A stretch of DNA of 64,000 nt from Yuukianura sp. NJ FZ-2021 (taxonomy: Eukaryota): contig CM102286.1 in NCBI GenBank assembly GCA_046563655.1, positions 13,330,001 to 13,394,000 on the forward strand. Reading direction: 5' to 3'. Below are positions 15,212-28,900 of this stretch, piece by piece. The notes beneath the pieces are model-generated. The model searched no databases. It was not told where the DNA came from and worked only from the letters and a program-made list of their open reading frames with translations. The position numbers and the translations under genes were made by a program. Every line of letters begins with the position of its first letter. Positions within the stretch are counted from its first letter, which is position 1.

Positions 15212-16236
15212 TAAACAAGGTAGGGCGATGCCCAAGGGTTGAGCATAGGTCTTCTGGAGGGAGTTGACAATTTATACGACATTGAGACCGGCCTACCGCA
15301 AAACTGTGGACGAACGGAGAAACCGTTTTCATTGAATTGATAGTGTAAAACGTCGCTAAAAATTTTCAGTGGGAATGTGAGATCCTATTTTGTGCATCAG
15401 TTGCACTAAAAGTGTCTTGGCAATTTTAGTTTAATTGCACCAAAATCATGTTTCAGTTTTGAGGCCAACAATATCTGCACTGAGTTGATGTTGTTAATTT
15501 GTTGAGCAAGATACACACAATGTATTATCGATGTTGCCATGGCAATGTATTATTAGTGAACAGCGTTAATTTAACTGCATCAAAATGTTCTCAAGCATGC
15601 AGAAACTTTTAGTTGTGTGCATCATGCACAAAATTGAATGTTGGAGGGGGGGGGGGGAGGGCGAATGTCGAATCCTAAAAATCAAAATTGGTTCATGTAA
15701 ATGCACAATTCAACGTCTGTATCCCTGTTGGTCATAAGTGTGCAACATGCACAAAAATGAACGCTGCGGTGAGGGGTCGAATATCGCTTGTTAAAATCGA
15801 AATTATAAAAATCTCTAGTAAATGCAAATCTGAACCCTGTCAAGCACTGCTTACGTATTACGAATTTAAGCCAAAATTTCTACCCTCTAACTAGGCTTAT
15901 TTTAACAACGTAACTAAACATACTGTCAGAAAATGACCAGATAAAGTCCGTTGTTTATAAATACTTTGAGTACAATCGAAACCAAAACAGTTTTACGGAG
16001 CCACGATACTGCGGGTACGTAAAGTAGTTAGGTTAACTTCTACGTTGTTAATTTAACACTTTGAGTGCAATGTAGACCTACAAAAAACGCTTGAGCGACA
16101 CATAACCCCCCGTCAATAATGGGGCTAATGTTTCAGTGGAATGGGTACTAAAAAACGTTACGGACGGACAGACACACAAAGTCGTATCAATAGTCTTCTT
16201 CAGCATGTCGTAGACATGCGTCTCCAGAAGACAAAA
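15212..16236 (-). mobile_element. Non-autonomous DINE-1/Helentron-associated (HINE-like) element, ~1 kb
   Basis: Perfect 11-bp sub-terminal inverted repeats GTCTTCTGGAG (15249-15259) / CTCCAGAAGAC (16222-16232). There is a partial inverted copy GTCTTC (16193-16198) and a hairpin GCATGTC-gta-GACATGC (16203-16219) beside one subTIR. A GTCY-type microsatellite ACGGACGGACAGACACAC lies at ~16160-16178. At the other end a stem-loop GGGC-gat-GCCC (15223-15233) sits next to AACAAG (CTTGTT on minus). No ORF. Confidence 0.7.
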
Positions 16237-19200
16237 ACTGACAAAATGTTATTTATTTGAACTTACGACGAGGTAATACAGGACAGGGTAACTATAGCAG
16301 AGCACAAAAAGGAAAGAAAAATAAAAGAAAAAATTTCAATTGTAATTTAAATTGTACAAAAATCTTATTTTTTTAAAATTCAGGCCCTCCGATGTTTTCT
16401 GTTTTGATTTTTTTTGAATTTGAGAAATCCTCTGATGGAGCATTATTAAATCGTTGAATCTTTTTTTTGGAAACCCCTAAAATGTTTGGATTTTGGTCAA
16501 AACTTTCAAAATCAGGTTCATAAATCTTGTTTTGAAAGAATGTCGTTGATTTTGAAAGTATTTGGAACAAGAAAAACCAAAGGCTATTGACTGTCGTCGA
16601 CGACTTCATAATGGGTGGTAATCGGAAATGATTCACTCTGGTAAGTCCCGTAAAGTGTCGATTGTCGACTTTTCAACAATGGAAGAACAACAATGGAAAA
16701 GAAATCAGTTTCACAAGAATTTCAAATATTTTTATGTTCTGTCCATTTCAACTGAAATCGTGTCATTATGTGGTATGACAAATAATTTACGACTGTTTGC
16801 CCACACTCTGTTCCTTCTTCAACAACTTCTGTGGAGTCCAACCTTCAAAGTTAGCCTAAAAGTTAGGTTAAGGTTCATCCTAACCTAATCTGTCTCCAAG
16901 AGATCTCAATCAGTCAAAAAATTCCTCATCAGTATTTTCCTGCTAAACTGCCACTTTCAAAATTCTTCAAAATTTTGTAGAAAATTTGTACCCAAAGCTA
17001 GTTTCAATTCGTATTCATTCGGATTCAATTCGGAAATAAAATCTTCAATTTGTTTCGCCTATATTCTTTTGTTTCACGAAGGCGGTTCAGAACCAACTGA
17101 TTTTTTTCAAGGAATTCAAAATTGGAAAGAAAAAAAAAGTTTTTTTTGTCAGGCGTTGTTTTTTTTATATCGAGTTTTTTTTTCATAATTTTCTTTTTGT
17201 GGCAAATGACAAAAGCGGTGCACCGAAAAGCGCATCTGAGGATGCGCCTGAGCGTGTTGATGAGATTTGTGTCCCTGGAAGAACGTTTTAGGTCAAATCC
17301 GTGAAGTCCAAGGGTCCCCCTGGGGGGACTCAGGGATAGTCTTAAGATATTAGAACAATCCCTTGAGGGAAGTGAAGAATAACAATAACACATTAGAGGA
17401 ACCTTAGACGAAGGTAGTGGAAATAATAGAGTGATTCTATCAAAACAATACATTGGGAACAATGGAGATTTGAAGGAGGTGTGATACTTCCAATTCCCAC
17501 CGATCCTTCTTCTTTTCAAGTGCTCTCGTCCCTTACAAAGGACCAGGACAGGGTCACTTGGACGCTCGTGACGATTCTTCCATTTCGGGGATTAGGGGAC
17601 CCTTGTGTTTCTTCTGGAAGGATTTTGAAACTGGGGATTAGACTATGCATTTCAAGTCTCTATTTCCACTTCCATTCCCTCCGGAGAAACTGTAACAGGA
17701 TTAGAAAAAATAAGGTTTAAGGCCATTTTTAAATAAATACAAATAAACGCGCCAACAATTTTCAAAATTGTCAAAAAAAAATTTATTTCAGTTTTATAGC
17801 TTTTTATATGAGCATTGCTAAAAAAAGTTTTGCAATTTTTATTAATTCAGCGGGAAAAAAACTAGAGAAATTTTGGGGAAAAAATATGTTGGTTGTATGT
17901 AGCAGAATTTAAAAATTTTCAAAATTTTTTTGTTGAAGTTGTAAGTTCTGTTTTTGGAACGTCCTCTGCTGAACTTACATCAAAGTTCGAAAATTTCGGA
18001 GCTGTAGCGGAATATTATATTTTTGGAAAATAAAATTTTGAAAAGTTAAACATCATTAATCTTGTTACGTCAAGGAAAATGTAAACTAAACATTTGGGTT
18101 TTGGATTTCCTCAAATGTCGAAAACCAGCAGCAGCAGTTCATGAGAGCTTAGTATTATGTCGTCTTTTGAAAGCACAAGCGACGCCACCGAGACAAATCT
18201 CTACAATTGATCATCCCATTCATACAGCATAGGGAGCCCTGTCTTTGATAAATAGTTCCTACTTTTAAAAAATACGTTTTGAAAAATTTTATTAAAAAAA
18301 AAGTGTAGTAATATTTAGAGATCATTTTAATAGAGTCTCTCGGAAGTAGTGCAGTTTAGGCTCCTTTAGTTACGGTTGTTCCTTCCAAAATTAATCTTGA
18401 TCCCAAGAGAAAGAGAGATGACACTTCTGCATCAGTCACAGACGTCTTCCCCAAAATTCAAAATGTGGCGCCCTTTTCGCTTTGTTGAATTTCACGTAGT
18501 TACTCCCTCCAGTTTCATTTTAGACAAAGATTACTGACGAGTCGGTTTCAATTTTTGGACAAGGGCTTTATTTTAAATTTGAAAGTGAAAGTGGGAGTGA
18601 AAGCGTCCATTCTAAAGCAAATGACAGCCAATCCAATTAATTAATCCAAGTGCTTCGCACTGTGACCCCTCCAAATTTAAAAAAGAACTAAAAAAAACTT
18701 GAACCCTGCACTTCACCTTATTTCAAAACTTTAGCAAAGAGAAAGCAGTGGGGAAAATATTGTCCAATTATTGTGAACTTCTGTGTTGAACATAATGTTG
18801 GAGGCATCAAATGACATACAATTTCTACATTTCAAAGAAATTTTGGAGAATTTACAATAATTTTTAAAAGATTTCATATAATTCTGAACTACCTCCAGGC
18901 ATGTAACAGACATTCAAAGAGTTAACAACCTAATTTATTGCATCACTCAACAATTGTAGTATCAATTTCTTCATGCCTAATAAGCACAAATAGAAGATCC
19001 AATTTCCAAAACAATTTGATCATGTGGACGTTTTCAAAAAGAAGTTTCACGTTTTACAACAAATCCAAGAATTTAGAGAAGCGACATGCGCCTTTTGCAT
19101 TCAAATTAAAAAAAAAAATTTAGATCTTTAGATCATGTTTTATTCGGTTCAAAAATTTATCCAAATTTGATCAAACAATTTTTTTTCAAGGCCCTACTTT

Positions 19201-20257
19201 CTCCACCTTTCTCCTAAAACCGAATTGTGTTTCTAAAACCGAATTTTGCTTCTAAAAACCGAATTGGTCATCCCTGCTCCCTTTCTTCAAAGTTTGTGCT
19301 CACTTTCATCCTATCATCATCCAATTATTACTCAAAAAAGAAGATGAAGGAAACTAACAAAGGCTTTGTCCCTTGTTCTCATAACACAATTAATTCAGCT
19401 TCATCTACCAATCACTACTGCTCACTTTTACAATATGACAGAGAGCGGATAATTCAATTTCCTCACCCATAAGCACCAAACTCCACTTTCTTCTTCCCAG
19501 TCACAAGCTAAGCAAATTAAGACATCCGATGTCCCTAAGTTCTGCAAGGCTACGCTCCAATTTCAAATTTTGAATCTTCCCTCTTCCGAAGAGAGTGTGA
19601 GTTATATGCTTTTAATCGTTGAATCAACATGACCCCTTGGAACAATCCAAGGATATTCAATTGGGTTGAAGCTGATGATGATCTCCCCAACAGCGAAGGG
19701 CCTCCCCAAGGGCCCCCCGTGGGACGCAGGGGGGACTGGAACCACTTTGAAGGCAGAAATTGGATGTCCCAGTTGGATGTGTTGAGGGTTGCCCTAATCA
19801 AATTCATGAGGAAGCTGGAACTATGGTTTGGTCCAAGGGCCGTTGCGGTCCATGGTTCTTTGCCATTAAGGAATTAGTTTCCAGGGGAAAGTTATAATCT
19901 GCGCAGTCTCCCTGGCCCTTGATGGGCCCTTAGAAATCAGTTCAGCTGAAGATGAGCAAGGGCCCTGGAACTGAAAACTTGTTTGAGCAAGTGGAACAGA
20001 ACGCAAGCCCTCCCAAATTGAATCAAAACAAGATATACATTTCAATTTGGACCAAAGTCTCATTAGCTCGGCAGTCGTCTGAAACTGATGCTTTTTTGAA
20101 AAACGCGCCACTGCAATCGAAAACGCTGCAAATAATGAAGGATGAGGTCGAGGGAATTTGGATGCGCAGCACAAGCGCTAAAGGTCAACGTAATTTGACC
20201 TGTCTCCAGTTTCCCCAGTCGGGAAACACTGCTCATCATTTTTGAAATGCAAAATTT

Positions 20258-20450
20258 GAAATTTTGAAATATGAAATTTTCAAATAAGAGATTGTGAAAT
20301 GTGAAATTTCTGAATGGCAGAGTTTTAAACATGAAGTTTTCAAATGCGAGATTCTGAAATGAGAAATTTTTGAATGAGAGATTGTGGATTCTGAAATTTC
20401 TAAATGGCAGATTGTGAAATATGAAATTTTTAAGCGGGAGATTTTAAAAA
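20258..20450. repeat. Degenerate 15-bp minisatellite (~13 units) with 30-bp alternation
   Basis: Units such as GAAATTTTCAAATAA / GAGATTGTGAAATGT / GAAATTTCTGAATGG / CAGAGTTTTAAACAT, alternating GAAATT and (G/C)AGA starts. Confidence 0.8.
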
Positions 20451-22376
20451 GCGACTAAAATATTTACGACGCGCCTTTTTGAATTCAAAAGATTTTCAAA
20501 CTTTCCCGCCCCTAATAAAATGCACCTGCAGCATTTAAAATTCAAAAATTGAAATGGCAGTTTTTTCAAACTTATGTGTCAGAACAAATCAGTTCAACTT
20601 TTATTTTGAATTACTCGTATCCATTACAAGTTATTGACTTTCAGTCAACTGAAAAGTGAATGAATAAAAAGTTTGAATGTTCCAATGTAAATTACGTCAT
20701 CAATAATACAGCCGATTAATGGGTAACCAATCTCTGGAAGTACTTTACTAAAGCCACTAGCACCTTATGGTCTCCCCTCCACTACTCCCCTGATTTTAAA
20801 AAATATTGCGTATTGACAACCCCAATCTATTCGAGATTTATAGTTTCTGTTCTATTCAAAGTGATCACGCTTTCTCTGTTCTAAAAAGTGTTCCGACATT
20901 TACTCTGTGATCAACTAGGCATGTTACAATTGACACCAAAATTACATGAACCAGAATCACATCTGCTCTACTGAAACATCAAAGAAAGCATCATGTAAAG
21001 GCTGATTTAACAGGTCAAATTCAATCCAAAAAAGGTCACTACGCTTCAACATGAACTTTTTTGAACAGAAAAAAAAACTAAAATAAAAAAAGTTACGTTT
21101 TCCACAAGAATTTTTTGCGTCGTTAGTTTTTGTAGCGATGGAAAAGCTGGAAACTGTTTTGAACTAAGAAACGAAATTTATAAAAATTTTGACAAAAAAG
21201 AGTTCGACTGCTCCATTTGCAGTTCTGGTAGCAATTGAATTGAATCTCTATTGAACCATGTTGTCAAAAACCATAAAAACATGAATTACCCCTTTGCTTG
21301 TCTACTTATCCCATATTTTTGAAAAAAAATTTTTTTTTGCTTTTTTTTCCGCAAAAAATGGAATCGTGAAATATGGGTGACACAAGAGCTATTTTTTCTT
21401 GTTGCTTTTTGTTATTTTTATTTCAGCCATAAAACTGTGCTTTCTCTTTTATTTCTTTCTCCTTGGATTCTAATGGTCCAAAATGGTTTAATTTGTCACT
21501 GAAATTGGTCTTTTGGTTCTGAGTTATGATTTCTGCTTCAACCCTTTAGTACTTTATACGTTCCATTGCGTCACCAAGGACACAATTCTGAAAAGTAAAA
21601 CCAAAGTCATGAAAAGTTCTTGTTCAAAGTTATTATTTTTGATGGTAGCAAACTAGCCAAGTACTTTCAGAAGCTTCCAGGCGACTAACAGTTTTTACGG
21701 TTTTGGAGATGCATGGTAGCGTTGGAATCTGTTCAACAAGGAGCCAACATCAACTTTTATGTTTAAAAGGTGTCTACTACAATGACAAAATATTTCACTG
21801 ATTTTTTAGAAAGTGGAAGTCAGAGCTTCTAAAAGATTTTTTTTTCAAAATTTTTGAAAAATGGAAAAAGACAAGCAGCACACACGAAAGGTTCTTCTGG
21901 TCCTCACATCATAATTTAATATAGTAGACATAATGCAATTCACAGAGAAAGCGAGGAGAAAGCACTTTTTGGAGACAAAAAAAGTGAAAATGGTATTTCC
22001 TACTTTTTTCCAAAAATTTTCTCTTATGGTTATGGTTTATGCTGTGAAGGTTTTAAAAACGACAGGGATTCACTTTGGAGCCAGTGAGCATCTGGTGAAT
22101 TTGGAAAAACAAAGTTCCGACCCCCTTGAGATCCCATTTGAAAGCACAGCCTTTCTCTGACAATTTTTTTTGAAGCGCTCGAAGCGCTCAACCCCACCGA
22201 CCGCTTGATTGAATCAAAGACAAAGCAAGGGAAGGAAGGAAGAAAAAGACTAATGCTTTCCATTTACATTATTTATTTGATTTCTGGAGGCCAGTGAGTG
22301 GAAAACTAAACAACAAAATACCAAAACCATGTCAGAGGTTCAAAAAACATGGGCTCGATGGAAATAATTCAACAGC

Positions 22377-22426
22377 TAGGGTTAAAATTTTGACTAGGGT
22401 TAAAATTTTAACTGGGGTTAAAAGTT
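22377..22426. repeat. 18-bp tandem repeat, ~3 copies
   Basis: CTAGGGTTAAAATTTTGA, CTAGGGTTAAAATTTTAA, CTGGGGTTAAAAGTT. Confidence 0.75.
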
Positions 22427-25400
22427 CAAATATGGTCAGCTCAAAGGGGAAGAGTAAGCAGAGACTTGCGTGTAAGGGAAGGTAGCAGGGCTAAAATTTT
22501 TCAATTTAAAAAACTTTTTGAACATTTTTATAACCAATTTGAAAAAATTTACAAGATGCCACTTGTACTCGAAAAGCTTCAATTAAACCCAACCCTACCT
22601 CAACATTTTTACTTACAAAAGCTTTTAATAAAGGTAAAAACAAAACAAACAATTAAATTAAAGTGATTCTAATCGCGCTTCTTTTTGTTCAAAATTTCAA
22701 CAAAAATAGACAACAAGGTGCTAAATGCCAAAAAAACATAAATTGTGTATGAGCAGGGTTCCAGTAAATTCTTGGTTGACATCAAACAAACATTTTTGAA
22801 AAAAGGCAACTTATTTCTCAAATGTTTCTTGTAAAAGTTGAAGGTTCAAATGGAACTAGTTTTTAATAAGAAATTTAGTTGACCTAATAGCTACAAAAAT
22901 ATTTTTGTTTCTCAGTTTTGTGTTGATTAAAAAAACTGGGGAAAAAATTGAATTCAAACAAAACTGAACATTTGGTAAATTTTATGAAAAAGCGGAAAAT
23001 GTGACAAGGTGACAATTACACAAATGGATGTGAGGTTTAAGCATGAAAGTTTTCGAATAGTTTTTGTGGTTATGATGCTAATCCGAATCCTGCTTTGGAC
23101 AATGGAGCTGACCATCCTAATGTGGCTACAGAGCTTTTATCCCTCTGTAAATAATGCAACAATGAAAGTCAAAGTACTTTTACTCAGATTTTGGAAAGTG
23201 AAAGTTATGTGGCCAATGAAGGGCAAACAGAGGGACAAAAGGGCACAAATGACTCCTAATCCCTTCATAAATCATCACAGAAAAGCAGCTTCCAGGAACC
23301 TCTCTCCGGACTCTGGCTAACCAAAATCCAACATTAATTCCATCAAAACTACTAATGCAGGGTTAGGTCATCATCCCATCAATACACTCAACTATAGAAA
23401 ACGAAAAAAATTCTATGGAAAATGAAAAAAAAATTGAAAAGAGAAAGTATTACATAATGTTATGTTAGAGTATGTTTGTAGTTTATGTTGATTAGTATTT
23501 GGTTGTGGAGCTGCAACTTCAGCGTGAGAACTTTTTTTTTTTGAAATTGTCACGCTTTATTCAAAATCTGAAACCCTTCAGAATCCATATGCCAAATTTT
23601 CCACGGTTTTCTTAATTTTTCCGAGCGTTGGTCCGACCTTATGCACGAGTTCATTAAAATCATACCGTTGCAAATTCGGAGCGTTTGCTCAAAAAATTAT
23701 AAAGCAACATTTTTGAGAGTTGAATTTTCCATTTTTTGTGTCTTGGAATGAATTATGACTTTTGGAAAAGAGGAAATGAATTTGGGAACCCTACACCACA
23801 GTCTCCTGCAACCCTAAACTCCTCCCCCTTTGACATAACAAATAATCAACCACACAATACTTCAATTGAGGATTTAGTTAATTATTTTATTGAATATTAT
23901 TCTGACATCCGTACCTATCTCTAGGGGGTTCTGGCTTCTAAAAGTTATCAAAAAAGAAAGGACTTGTGTCAGACCACAGTACAAGTAGAAACTAATATTA
24001 AAAATTATAATTCATTTCAAAGTTACCAAACAGTTTTTGTATTTTGAACGTTCCCGCTTTTCCCGAATTCAAAATGAAGGGAATTTCGACGCGTGCCGGG
24101 GCGGCACAAATGCGTCAACCACTCGACTTCAAACGACGTTCGGTGGCTTCACTGCTCTTCAGAGCAAAATTTCGAAACTAAATTCTTGAAGAATTTAGTT
24201 TCGAAATTCTGCTTTTGCAATTAAATATTATTTGTCTGCAAGAATTCGGTGTTAACCTTCTCGTTTCGGCGTGGATTTTCATGTTACAAAAAAAGTTTTT
24301 TGGACGCCTTTCAGATTGCGAATTTTGATTTTTGAAGTTGAGTGTCTGTGTCACCCTGCTCACCAACTGTCACCAAGGCCTAAAATGAAATTCAAAATTT
24401 TGATCAAAGATAATTTTTTCATGAATTGAACAGTTTGTTCAGTTTGTTATTATCCCCGAATCTCATTGTGGATTGAGAACAGTGTGGTGTATCATCTGAA
24501 AAAGCAAAAGACAACAATTGAACAAGTTCTATTATTAGTCATCATCTCCCTACAGATCCAAATCCACCAAATGACAACTGAACTCCATTTACATAAAACT
24601 CCATGTTTCCAAAAATAACAATCATAACTGAAATCCACACTTTGCTTTTTGTCTATTTTATCCCAAAATCTAAAAGTAACACTTGACAAATATGAAACTG
24701 TTTCCTCATCTGTTACTGTGTTACTGTTCTTTTGTGCTTTCAAATAAGCTTTCTCCCTTCCACTGTACTTTCTAAACGTCTGTTGAAACGGCCATTTTGT
24801 TCGAAATTATCAATTCCAGATTTTATCCAAAAATAACAGTTTAAAAAACTTGAATATTGAAAAGCCATATGACACAAATAGTTTGGATTTCAATCTGATT
24901 CAGATTCAAAGCGTTGCAAATTAACACTGTCACTTGAAAAAAAATGAAAAAGAAAAGAGAATATACATAGAAAAAGAGAAAGTTCAGTTTGTTTCGCATC
25001 TTCCTAGAAAAAGCGTCCTACTTTTTAACGTTCTTTTTTTTGAAATACCCCACTGGATTTTGCGGTTCATTGATCCTTGATCAGTTGTACTTTTTTTTCG
25101 AAAAGACTAATACTTGGTATTGCTGAAAATCTTTCTTAATCTGGCAAATTCGCTACGCTTCATTGGATTAATACCGAAACAACTGGAGAGGTCATGGCGT
25201 CAGGATGCTCTTTTACAGAAATTTTGTAGTTTTTGTAACTTTTAAGTATTATTGGGCAGATGTCGAATGTTTTGTAAGATGGAGACCCACGTAATCCGCT
25301 TATTGTTTCGAATCGGCGTCATCCAAACCAAAACAAAAGTGGCCAATACAATGGGGGCCAAATGGAATTTACACGCTGAAGCGGTTATGTCACTTCGCCC

Positions 25401-25909
25401 CACGTAGACCCATGTCATTCAGCTGGACCGGATCGTGTTCTTAGATAATTATAGAAACTACAAGGATGGAGGTTTTAATTTAAAAAGTATTAATTAATTG
25501 CTGATAAAACTTAATTAATCGTTAAGAGAAAGTTGTCTTTGTGCTTTAAAATGTAAAAATGTGGTTTTGCAAATTATGTCTGCCCATGTCAGGCACAGAA
25601 TGGTGCAGGAGCGGTTGAGTTGAACCCACGAGTGAAACCAAATAATCATCAGGTGTTTTTTGTTTACAAATTCGGTGATTCAATTTTTGTCTGTGTATAT
25701 AATTTCTAAAATATTGAAATTAATGCAAATATTAATTGAATTAAGACAATTTTTAGGTTTGGCCTATCAGTTGCAACAAGACCAGGGCAGGTGCAATCGT
25801 ATACCGAGCTCGGAAGACCGAAAAGTGAATTTGTAAGGTAACCGTAAAATTATTCGACTAAAATTGATTAACTCGTAAATTAGATCGCTTATTCTTAGAT
25901 TTTAGCTGG

Positions 25910-28900
25910 ATGGATCGTCATAGTAGGAAGCGGCGCTCACGGACACGGTCACCATCACCACGATCATCAAAATCACACTATTCTTCGAGAGGAAGTAGAT
26001 ACTTTGAACGTGATGACTACGACAGGAAAAGGAGCAGACAAAGCCCTGAGCATTCAAACAGAGACTGGAGTATTCAAAGTTCCAGCGATTCCAGATCTCG
26101 AAGACCTGATGGGGGAGCTCGGACAGATCGTGAAAGGCAGAGGGGCGACGTTCTGGATTACAAAACGTTCTTCGATCGGATGTTTTTCCAGCCATACGAT
26201 GTTATAGCAAAGGGCTCTTCCCAATATGACGATTTTTGGAAATTTTACGAGAAAATAGAAACATTGCGTAAGCAGAAGACTTTAAAACTGAAGTCGATGG
26301 GAGTAAAAGAAGAAGAGGATAGCAATTACACAGTGGACATTCGAGGAGTTTCCTTTCCAGAACGATATTCCAAGAAACATTGTATCCCATTTCAATTGAA
26401 ATATACAGAAGCTGACGATTACATTACTAGGCTAAATCCAGGTAAAAGCAGGAGAATACCCTTCACTTTTTATAGTATAGTCATTATTCGATACTTAAAC
26501 ATTTTCCGGTGTTGATTTCTAGACGATCAAGCTTATGTTCGAGAGCATGTTCCTAAGGAATTAATCGAAAACTTTCTGCAGACGCTTCTATACTTCCTTG
26601 ATTTCTCTCAAAAGGAGAGATTTGCCAAACTCAAAAAGTTACGAGAAACCCAAGCAGCACTTCCAATAGCCCAATTCCAGTAATACAAACTACCATCGAT
26701 TTCTTATATCATAAATGGAGTTGGTCCCAGAAGAATTTTTTTCTTGATTTATTTAGGAATGAGATGGTGTCAATTCTTGAGAAGCACAATGTTCTTATCA
26801 TTGCAGGGGACACGGGATGCGGAAAGTAAGATTCAAAAAACGTTACCAGTGATCTTCCATTCATTAACGTTAATGTAATTGTAGCAATTCTGTTATGTAG
26901 GTCAACACAAGTACCGCAATATTTATTGAAGGCTGGATACATCAATATTGGTATGTGTTTAGTGCTATTTCAGTGATCTAGGTAAGGTTCGGATCGTAAA
27001 GTTTAAACTTGATTGTTATTCACAGCTTGCACTCAACCCAGAAGGATAGCTTGCTTATCATTGTGCAAGAGAGTCGCTTATGAAACCTTGAACGAGTATG
27101 GAACAGAAATCGGATACCAAATTCGTTTTGAGAAACGAAAAACTCAACACACAAGGGTGGTCTTCATAACGGTAAGTGACTGTTACAAATTATACAAGTG
27201 ATGTCATCTCAACCCAGTTTTTGTTGAATTTTAGGAAGGATTGTTGCTTCGGCAGGTAACTTGATCATTACAACAATCGCTAATCACAAAACATGCCAAG
27301 CCAATTCAATTAACAGTTTCATCCAATTTATGTTTATTTAAAGGTGACTGCTGACAGTATGCTCACGACCTACAATGTCATTGTCCTTGATGAGGTGCAT
27401 GAGCGTCACTTACACGGTGATTTCTTGCTGGGAATCGTCAAATGCCTTCTCTACCAAAGAAGTGATGTCAAGATCATCCTCATGTCTGCCACAATTAACA
27501 CGGAGTTGTTCCAGAACTACTTCCAGGGACTAGCCCCGATTCTCCAGGTAAAGTTGCGCTTGCTTATTTTTATTTCTAAAAGTCTTTTATTGCAATTGCT
27601 CGTTTAAGGTTCCCGGGCGCTTGTTTCCAATCAAAATGCAGTATCGTCCCGTTTCTATCGAAGAACTCAATTCAAAAAGTGGACGACTGAATCCCGGTCC
27701 TTATGTCCGTATTCTCCAACTTATAGATGACAAATTCCCAGGTTCGCTCAGTGTCTCAATTGTTTTGTCTGGGATGAATCATGTTTAACTGTTTCATGTC
27801 TAATTTGTTTCTTGAAGCTGATGAACGGGGAGATGTCCTGATATTCCTAAGTGGACTGAATGAAATTACAACAATAGTGGAAGCAGCACAGTTATACGCA
27901 GAGCAGACCAAACGCTGGATAATTCTACCGTTACACAGTATGCTATCAATAGATGACCAGGATAAGGTAATAGCTTTTACCACTCTTTTTGCTTTAATAA
28001 AGTTAATTACTAATTGTTCCTTTTTTGTATTTAGGCATTTGACTACCCGCCTGAAGGCGTCCGGAAGTGCATCGTCTCAACAAATATCGCCGAAACTTCA
28101 ATTACCATAGACGGTATTCGGTTTGTCGTTGACTCTGGCAAAGTTAAGGAAATGGCCTACGATCCTACCTGTAAGATGCAGAGACTCAAAGAATTCTGGA
28201 TCAGTAAAGCAAGTGCTGAACAGCGGAAAGGTCGAGCCGGAAGAACAGGGCCTGGAGTGTGTTATCGCTTGTACTCTGAGAAAGAATATGACGAGATGCA
28301 AGCCTACTCTACACCTGAAATTTTGAGGGTTCCTCTGGACTCTCTTCTGCTTCAGATGATCTCAATTGGAATTCCAGACTGTCGGAAATTTCCGTTTATC
28401 GAGCCTCCGTCCTTGGAAAACATTGAAACCTCTGTTTTACGACTGAAGGAACAGGTAAATTACACTTCAAGTTATAATACAAACCGAATTACATGTGGAA
28501 GGATTGAAGAATTTACAAGTTTTTTTGTTGATGTCAACAGAATGCACTGACCGACGACGAGCAATTAACCGAAATGGGCAGAACTTTATCTCAGCTTCCG
28601 GTGGATGTTACTATTGGAAAGATGCTCATCATGGGAACTTTGTTTGACCAAATCGATGCAGTTTTGTCACTTGCCGCTGCTCTCAGTGTTCAAAGTCCTT
28701 TTACGAATTGGGCTCACCGAGATTCGGACTGTGTTGTAAGGTTCTTACTTACAAAGATGCTTAAAAATGAACGTAAAAACTTCGATGCTGGAAGCTGAAA
28801 TGACATGAATGTTGTTATAGGCCGCCAGGAAATCTTTGGATTCTGACCATGGAGATCCCCTCACACTGCTAAATGCATATCGTGCTTGGCTGGAGGAAAA

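Noticed and set aside
19213..19276. Three CTAAAACCGAATT units ending in GGTCATCCCTG (possible hAT-type end)
   Set aside because: No matching opposite terminus found; at most a TE fragment.
1..25100. Many 60-164 aa K/F/N-rich ORFs
   Set aside because: Their composition mirrors A/T tracts; no recognisable motifs or consistent splice phasing.
25140..25840. GC-richer segment with splice-like signals upstream of DHX34
   Set aside because: Only short frames (<60 aa) without recognisable similarity; more simply DHX34 promoter and 5'-UTR exon(s) (donor at 25838, acceptor at 25905).
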